Below, piece by piece: positions 55,621 to 64,000 of a stretch of 64,000 nt of DNA. A program made the position numbers and the translations under genes. The notes below the pieces were generated by a model. That model saw nothing but the letters and a program-made list of their open reading frames with translations. It made no database searches and had not been told where the DNA came from. The stretch lies in assembly GCF_009914755.1 (NCBI RefSeq), contig NC_060948.1; one strand, given 5' to 3'. Source of the stretch: the human T2T-CHM13v2.0 reference genome, Homo sapiens. The stretch's first letter is position 1. Each line of letters opens with the position of its first letter.

Positions 55621-58600
55621 AGGCCTGGAATAAAGTGGAATGCTACGGTCTCGAATGGAATAAAAATGTATGGAATGGAATGCAATGAAACGGAATCGAA
55701 TGTCATAGAATGTAATGGAATGCAAAAAAATGGAATCCAAAATCATTGACTGGAAAGGCTGGGTGTCGAAAGGAATTGACTCCAATGGAATGGAATCGAA
55801 TGGAATGGAAGTGAATAGAATCAAACTAAATCGAATGGAATGGAATTGATAGGAACGGAATGGAAAGGAATGCAATGATTTGGCATGGAATGGAATCGAA
55901 TGGCATCGAATGGAATGGAATGGAATGCAATGGAATGGAATGTATTAGAATGTAATGAACATTAATGGAATGTACTCGAATGGATTCGACTGGAATGGAA
56001 TGTTCTGGAAGTGAATGGACTCCAATGGAATGGATTCGAAAGGAATGGAATCGAACGGAATGGAATCTAATGGAATGGAATTAAATGGAAATGAATCAAA
56101 TTGAATAGCACGGAATTGAATTGAATGGAATCGAATGCAATGGAATCTAATGAAACCGAAAGGAAAGGAATGGAATGGAATGGAATGGGCTGGAATGGAA
56201 AGGAATCGAAACGAATGGAATGGAATCGAACTGAAGAGACTGGAATGGAATGCACTGGAATGGAAGGGAGTGTAATGGAAGGTTCTCGAAAATAATGGAA
56301 GCAAATGGAATGGAATTGAATGGAACGGAATAGAGTCGAATGGAATTGAATGGAATGGAATGGACTAGAGTGAAATGGAATCGAACCACAAGGAATGGAC
56401 AGGAATAGAATGGTCTCGAATTGAATGGAATCGTATGGAATGGCATCAAACGGAATGGAATGGACAGCCACGGAATGGAATGCACTCGAATGCAATGGAG
56501 TCGAAACTTATGGACTGGAATAGAATGGACTCGACTGGTACGGACTCCAATGGAATGGAATCGAATGGAAGGGATTCGAACGGAATGGACTCGAAGGGAA
56601 AAGACTGCAATGGAAAGGTCTCGAATGGAATGGAAATTAATGGAATGGAATGGAATCGAATGAAATGGAGTCAAAAGGAATGGAATCGAATGGCAAGAAA
56701 TCGAATGTAATGGAATCGCAAGGAATTGATGTGAACGGAACGGAATGGAATGGAATCCAAAGGAATGGAATCGAATGGAAAGGACTCGAATGGAAATCAC
56801 TCGAATAGAATGCAATTTAATAAAATAGGATCAAATGTAATTGAATGGAATGGAAAGGAATCGAAACGAAAGGAATGGAGACAGATGGAATGGAATGGAA
56901 CAGAGAGCAATGGTATAGAATGGAATGGAATAATCTGGAATGGAATTGAATGGAATGGAATAATATGAAATGGAATGGAATGGAATGGAATGGAATGCCC
57001 TTGAATTAAATGGACTGGAATGGAATGGACTCGAACAGAGTGGAATGGAAAGTGTTGAGATAGAATGGAATGGACTCTTTTGGAATGGTCTAGTATGCAA
57101 TGCAATCGACTGGCAGGGAATCAAAAGGAATGTAATCGAATGGATTAGAATGGAATGCAATGGACTCGAATAGATTGGAAACGGAATGCAAAGGAATGGA
57201 ATGGAATAGTATGGAATGGAATGGAAAGGAATGGAGTGGAATAGACTAGAGTGGAATGGAATGGACTGGAAAGCAATGGACTGGAATGGAACTTTCTTGA
57301 ATGGACTGGAATCAAACGGAATGGAATGCAATGCAATCAAATGGCATGGAATATAATAGAATGAAAGAGAATCAAATGGAATTGAATCGAATGGAATCGA
57401 ATGGATTGGAAAGGAATAGAATGGAATGGAATGGAATTGACTCAAATGGAATGGACTAGAATGGAATGGATTCGAATGGAAGGCAAAGGAATGGAATCTA
57501 TTGGAATGGACTGTAATGGAATGGAATGGAAGGGATTGGAATGGACTCGAATGGAATGGACTGCAATAGAAAGGATTCGAATGGAATGAAAAAGAATTGA
57601 ATGGAATAGAACAGAATGGAATCAAATCGAATGAAATGGAATGGAATAGAAAGGAATGGAATGAAATGGAATGGAAAGGATTCGAATGGAATGCAATCGA
57701 ATGGAATGGAATCGAACGGAATGGAATAAAATGGAAGAAAACTGGCAAGAAATGGAATCGAAATGAATGGAGTGTTATGGAACGGACTCAAAAGGAATTG
57801 AATGTAATAGAATGGAGTGGAGTGGACTCGAATATAATGGACTGGAATGGAATGAAATCACATGGAATGGGAACGAATGGAATGGAATGGAAAGGAATGG
57901 AATCGAATGGAAAGGAATCGAATGGAAGGGAATGAAATTGAATCAACACGAATGGAAGGGAATAGAATAGACGGTAATGGAATGGACTCGAATAGAATGG
58001 ACACGAATGCTCAAATTGAATGGACTCGAATGGAATGGAAACGAAAGGAATGTCATCGAATGGAATTGAATCGATTGGAATGAAATCGCATAGAATGGAG
58101 TGGAATCAAATGGAATTGAATCGAAAGGAAAGGAAGCGAATGGACTGAAATGAAATGGAATGGAATTGAATGGAAAGTAATGCAATGGAATAGAATGGAA
58201 CGAAATTTCACGGAATGGAATCAAACTGAATTTAATCAAATCAATGGAATCCAATCAAATGGAATGGAGTAGATTGGATTGGATGGGATTGGAATGAAAT
58301 GTACTGGAAAGGACTCGAATTTCATGAAACGGAATGGAATGAATTGGAACGGAATGGACTCGAATGGAATGGAATGTCATAGAATGGCATCAAATGGAAT
58401 GGCATCAAATGGAATGGAATCGAATGCAATGGAATGCTATGGAATGGAATGGAATGCATTGGAATGGAATGTCCTCTAATGGAATGGATTCGAGTGGAAT
58501 GGAATCGAATATAATGGAGTCAAATGAAATGGAATTGAAAGGAATGGGATCGAATACAATGGAATATACTGGAATGTAATGTAATGAACTCGAATGTAAT

Positions 58601-59154
58601 TGACTGGAATGGAATGTACATGAATGGAATGTAATCGAATGGAAAGTAATCCAATGGAATAGAAACTAATGCAATAAAATCGACTCAGATAGAGTAGAAT
58701 GTAATGGAATGGAGTGCAGTGCAATGGAATGGAATGGAATGGAATGCAATGGAATGGAATGGAATGGAATGGAATGGAATGGAATGGAATGGGATGGAAT
58801 GGTATGGAATGGATAGTAATGGACTGGAGTGAAATGGACTGGAAAGGAATGGACTGAAATTGAAAGGGCTCGAAAGGAATGGAGTCAAATGGAATGGTCT
58901 GGAATGGAATGAACACGAATGTAATGCAATCCAATAGAATGGAATCGAATGGCATGGAATATAAAGAAATGGAATCGAAGAGAATGGAAACAAATGGAAT
59001 GGAATTGAATGGAATGGAATTGAATGGAATGGGAACGAATGGAGTGAAATTGTATGCAGTAGAAGGGAATAGAATGGAATGCAAGCGAAAGGAAAGGAAT
59101 GGATTGGAATGGAATGGAATTCATTGGAATGGAAGGGAATGTAGTGTAATGGAC
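55621..59154 (+). repeat. Unit U16, 3534 bp, subtype B
   Basis: AGGCCT 55621 to 59155. Confidence 0.9.
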
Positions 59155-62100
59155 AGGCCTGGAATAAAGTGGAATGCTACGGTCTCGAATGGAATAAAAA
59201 TGTATGGAATGGAATGCAATGAAACGGAATCGAATGTCATAGAATGTAATGGAATGCAAAAAAATGGAATCCAAAATCATTGACTGGAAAGGCTGGGTGT
59301 CGAAAGGAATTGACTGCAATGGAATGGAATCGAATGGAATGGAAGTGAATAGAATCGAACTAAATCGATTGGAATGGAATTGATAGGAACGGAATGGAAA
59401 GGAATGCAATGATTTGGCATGGAATGGAATCGAATGGCATCGAATGGAATGGAATGGAATGCAATGGAATGGAATGTATTAGAATGTAATGAACATTAAT
59501 GGAATGTACTCGAATGGATTCGACTGGAATGGAATGTTCTGGAAGTGAATGGACTCCAATAGAATGGATTCGAAAGGAATGGAATCGAACGGAATGGATT
59601 CTAATGGAATGGAATTAAATGGAAATGAATCAAATTGAATAGCACGGAATTGAATTGAATGGAATCGAATGCAATGGAATCTAATGAAACGGAAAGGAAA
59701 GAATGGAATGGAATAGAATGGGCTGGAATGGAAAGGAATCGAAACGAATGGAATGGAATCGAACTGAAGAGACTGGAATGGAATGCACTGGAATGGAAGG
59801 GAGTGTAATGGAAGGTTCTCGAAAAAAATGGAATCGAATGGAATGGAATTGAATGGAACAGAATAGAGTGGAATGGAATTGAATGGAATGGAATGGACTA
59901 GAGTGAAATGGAATCGAACCACAAGGAATGGACTGGAATAGAATGGTCTCGAATTGAATGGAATCGTATGGAATGGCATCAAACGGAATGGAATGGACAG
60001 CCACGGAATGGAATGCACTCGAATGCAATGGAGTCGAAACTAATGGACTGGAATAGAATGGACTCGACTGGTACGGACTCCAATGGAATGGAATCGAATG
60101 GAAGGGAATCGAACGGAATGGACTCGAAGGGAAAAGACTGCAATTGAAAGGTCTCGAATGGAATGGAAATTAATGGGATGGAATGGAATCGAATGAAATG
60201 GAGTCAAAAGGAATGGAATCGAATGGCAAGAAATCGAATGTAATGGAATCGCAAGGAATTGATATGAACGGAACGGAATGGAATGGAATCCAAAGGAATG
60301 GAATAGAATGGAATGGAATCGAATGGAAAGGACTCGAATGGAAATCACTCGAATAGAATGCAATTTAATAAAGTAGGATCAAATGTAATAGAATGGAATG
60401 GAAAGGAATCGAAACGGAAGGAATGGAGACAGATGGAATGGAATGGAACAGAGAGCAATGGTATAGAATGGAATGGAATCATCTGGAATGGAATTGAATG
60501 GAATGGAATAATATGAAATGGAATGGAATGGAATGCCCTTGAATTAAATGGACTGGACTCGAACAGAGTGGAATGGAAAGTGTTGAGATAGAATGGAATG
60601 GACTCCTTTGGAATGGTGTAGTATGCAATGCAATCGACTGGCAGGGAATCAAAAGGAATGTAATCGAATGGATTGGACTGGAATGCAATGGACTCGAATA
60701 GATTGGAAACGGAATGCAAAGGAATGGAATGGAATAGTATGGAATGGAATGGAAAGGAATGGAGTGGAATAGACTAGAGTGGAATGGAATGGACTGGAAA
60801 GCAATGGACTGGAATGGAACTTTCTTGGATGGATTGGAATCAAACGGAATGGAATGCAATGCAATCAAATGGCATGGAATAAAATAGAATGAAAGAGAAT
60901 CAAATGGAATTGAATCGAATGGAATCGAATGGATTGGAAAGGAATAGAATGGAATGGAATGGAATTGACTCAAATGGAATGGACTAGAATGGAATGGATT
61001 CGAATGGAAGGCAAAGGAATGGAATCTATTGGAATGGACTGTAATGGAATGGAATGGAAGGGATTGGAATGGACTCGAATGGAATGGACTGCAATAGAAA
61101 GGATTCGAATGGAATGAAAAAGAATTGAATGGAATAGAACAGAATGGAATCAAATCGAATGAAATGGAATGGAATAGAAAGGAATGGAATGAAATGGAAT
61201 GGAAAGGATTCGAATGGAATGCAATCGAATGGAATGGAATAAAATGGAAGAAAACTGGCAAGAAATGGAATCGAAATGAATGGAGTGTTATGGAACGGAC
61301 TCAAAAGGAATTGAATGTAATAGAATGGAGTGGAGTGGACTCGAATATAATGGACTGGAATGGAATGAAATCACATGGAATGGGAACGAATGGAATGGAA
61401 TGGAAAGGAATGGAATCGAATGGAAAGGAATCGAATGGAAGGGAATGAAATTGAATCAACACGAATGGAAGGGAATAGAATAGACTGTAATGGAATGGAC
61501 TCGAATAGAATGGACACGAATGCTCAAATTAAATGGACTCGAATGGAATGGAAACGAAAGGAATGTCATCGAATGGAATTGAATCGATTGGAATGAAATC
61601 GCATAGAATGCAGTGGAATCAAATGGAATTGAATCGAAAGGAAACAAGCGAATGGACTGAAATGAAATGGAATGGAATTGAATGGAAAGTAATGCAATGG
61701 AATAGAATGGAACGAAATTTCACGGAATGGAATCAAACTGAATGGAATCAAATCAATGGAATCAAATCAAATGGAATGGAAAGGAATTGAATGGAGTAGA
61801 TGGGATTGGATGGGATTGGAATGAAATGTACTGGAAAGGACTCGAATTTCATGAAACGGAATGGAATGAATTGGAACGGAATGGACTCGAATGGAATGGA
61901 ATGTCATGGGATGGCATCAAATGGAATGGCATCAAATGGAATGGAATCGAATGCAATGGAATGCTATGGAATGGAATGGAATGCATTGGAATGGAATGTC
62001 CTCTAATGGAATGGATTCGAGTGGAATGGAATTGAATATAATGGAGTCGAATGAAATGGAATTGAAAGGAATGGGATCGAATACAATGGAATATACTGGA

Positions 62101-62691
62101 ATGTAACGTAATGAACTCGAATGTAATTGACTGGAATGGAATGTACATGAATGGAATGTAATCGAATGGAAAGTAATCCAATGGAATAGAATCTAATGCA
62201 ATAAAATCGACTCAGATAGAGAAGAATGTAATGGAATGGAGTGCAGTGCAATGGAATGGAATGGAATGGAATGCAATGGAATGGAATGGAATGGAATGCA
62301 ATGGAATGGAATGGAATGGAATGGAATGTGATGGAATGGTATGGAATGGATAGTAATGGACTGGAGTGAAATGGACTGGAAAGGAATGGACTCAAATTGA
62401 AAGGGCTCGAAAGGAATGGAGTCAAATGGAATGGTCTGGAATGGAATGAACACGAATGTAATGCAACCCAATAGAATGGAATCGAATGGCATGGAATATA
62501 AAGAAATGGAATCGAAGAGAATGGAAACAAATGGAATGGAATTGAATGGAATGGAATTGAATGGAATGGGAAGGAATGGAGTGAAATTGTATGCAGTAGA
62601 AGAGAATAGAATGGAATGCAAGCAAAAGGAAAGGAATGGATTGCAATGGAATGGAATTCATTGGAATGGAAAGGAATGTAGTGTAATGGAC
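59155..62691 (+). repeat. Unit U17, 3537 bp (B->A chimera, resembles U1)
   Basis: AGGCCT 59155 to 62692; shares the 1-bp deletion (near 59700) with U1. Confidence 0.9.
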
Positions 62692-64000
62692 AGGCCTGGA
62701 ATAAAGTGGAATGCTACGGTCTCGAATGGAATAAAAATGTATGGAATGGAATGCAATGAAACGGAATCGAATGTCATAGAATGTAATGGAATGCAAAAAA
62801 ATGGAATCCAAAATCATTGACTGGAAAGGCTGGGTGTCGAAAGGAATTGACTCCAATGGAATGGAATCGAATGGAATGGAAGTGAATAGAATCGAACTAA
62901 ATCGAATGGAATGGAATTGATAGGAACGGAATGGAAAGGAATGCAATGATTTGGCATGGAATGGAATCGAATGGCATCGAATGGAATGGAATGGAATGCA
63001 ATGGAATGGAATGTATTAGAATGTAATGAACTTTAATGGAATGTACTCGAATGGATTCGACTGGAATGGAATGTTCTGGAAGTGAATGGACTCCAATGGA
63101 ATGGATTCAAAAGGAATGGAATCGTACGGAATGGAATCTAATGGAATGGAATTAAATGGAAATGAATCAAATTGAATAGCACGGAATTGAATTGAATGGA
63201 ATGGAATGCAATGGAATCTAATGAAACGGGAAGGAAAGGAATGGAATGGAATGGAATGGACTGGAATGGAAAGGAATCGAAACGAATGGAATGGAATCGA
63301 ACTGAAGAGACTGGAATGGAATGCACTGGAATGGAAGGGAGTGTAATGGAAGTTTCTCGAAAAAAATGGAATCGAATGGAATGGAATTGAATGGAACGGA
63401 ATAGAGTCGAATGGAATTGAATGGAATGGAATGGACTAGAGTGAAATGGAATCGAACCACAAGGAATGGACAGGAATAGAATGGTCTCGAATTGAATGGA
63501 ATCGTATGGAATGGCATCAAACGGAATGGAATGGACAGCCACGGAATGGAATGCACTCGAATGCAATGGAGTCGAAACTAATGGACTGGAATAGAATGGA
63601 CTCGACTGGTACGGACTCCAATGGAATGGAATCGAATGGAAGGGAATCGAACGGAAGGGAATCGAATGGAATGGACTCGAAGGGAAAAGACTGCAATGGA
63701 AAGGTCTCGAATGGAATGGAAATTAATGGAATGGAATGGAATCGAATGAAATGGAGTCAAAAGGAATGGAATCGAATGGCAAGAAATCGAATGTAATGGA
63801 ATCGCAAGGAATTGATGTGAACGGAACGGAATGGAATGGAATCCAAAGGAATGGAATAGAATGGAATGGAATCGAATGGAAAGGACTCGAATGGAAATCA
63901 CTCGAATAGAATGCAATTTAATAAAATAGGATCAAATGTAATGGAATGGAATGGAAAGGAATCGAAACGAAAGGAATGGAGACAGATGGAATGGAATGGA
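62692..64000 (+). repeat. Partial unit U18 (5' part), subtype A
   Basis: Starts at AGGCCT 62692; truncated by the window end. Confidence 0.9.

Larger units (their letters stand above)
1..64000 (+). repeat. DYZ1: Human Satellite III (HSat3) array, DYZ1-type ~3.56 kb unit (Yq12-like heterochromatin); GGAAT strand on +
   Basis: Seen: degenerate GGAAT pentamers end to end. Unique landmark GGACAGGCCTGGAATAAAGTGG recurs 18 times at 3534-3594 bp spacing, with an EcoRI site ~38 bp upstream each time. Established: DYZ1 is the ~3.56 kb HaeIII/EcoRI pentamer-based HSat3 unit of Yq12. The chromosome assignment is inferred from unit size and site pattern, not from an alignment. Confidence 0.93.

Noticed and set aside
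183-63916. Hundreds of ORFs on both strands as protein-coding genes
   Set aside because: They are overlapping translations of a 5-bp repeat (5-aa period = 15 bp), resemble no protein family I recognise, and are freely broken by frameshifts and stops between units.
1-64000. CRISPR-like or other repeat-spacer system
   Set aside because: There are no constant repeats separated by unique spacers; everything recurs at 3.56 kb and no cas-like or enzyme-coding sequence is present.
1-64000. DYZ2 (AT-rich/Alu-containing) blocks, Alu/L1 insertions, inversions or foreign inserts
   Set aside because: Landmark spacing never departs from 3534-3594 bp, leaving no room for an insert, and the GGAAT strand stays on + throughout.
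1-64000. HSat2 assignment because TCGA is frequent
   Set aside because: The HSat2-typical GATGAT/ATCATC-containing ~23-26 bp motif is not the building block; the backbone is plain GGAAT pentamers with a 3.56 kb period, i.e. HSat3.

Overview
The whole 64 kb is one uninterrupted, single-orientation tandem array of human Satellite III: degenerate (GGAAT)n on the + strand and (CATTC)n on the - strand. It is organised in a ~3.53-3.59 kb unit with one StuI/HaeIII site (AGGCCT) and one EcoRI site per unit. This organisation matches the Y-chromosome DYZ1 (Yq12 heterochromatin) repeat. There are 17 complete units plus two partial ones. I found no credible protein-coding gene, RNA gene, transposon, DYZ2/Alu insert or CRISPR array; the supplied ORFs are translations of the pentamer. 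The interesting signal lies inside the array. (i) Each unit carries two perfect three-box heat-shock elements (nGAAnnTTCnnGAAn), made by in-register GAA->TTC swaps, plus a third polymorphic one, and one unit has lost both conserved sites by the same C>G change. (ii) An alternating two-unit (~7.15-7.18 kb) higher-order repeat runs over ~5-34 kb and includes a very recent 7.15 kb duplication. (iii) A monomer-amplified block lies at ~41-50 kb. (iv) Two sequence subtypes exist, and their junction recurs at a 57,177 bp (16-unit) offset. All comparisons were made by eye, so the variant lists are not exhaustive.
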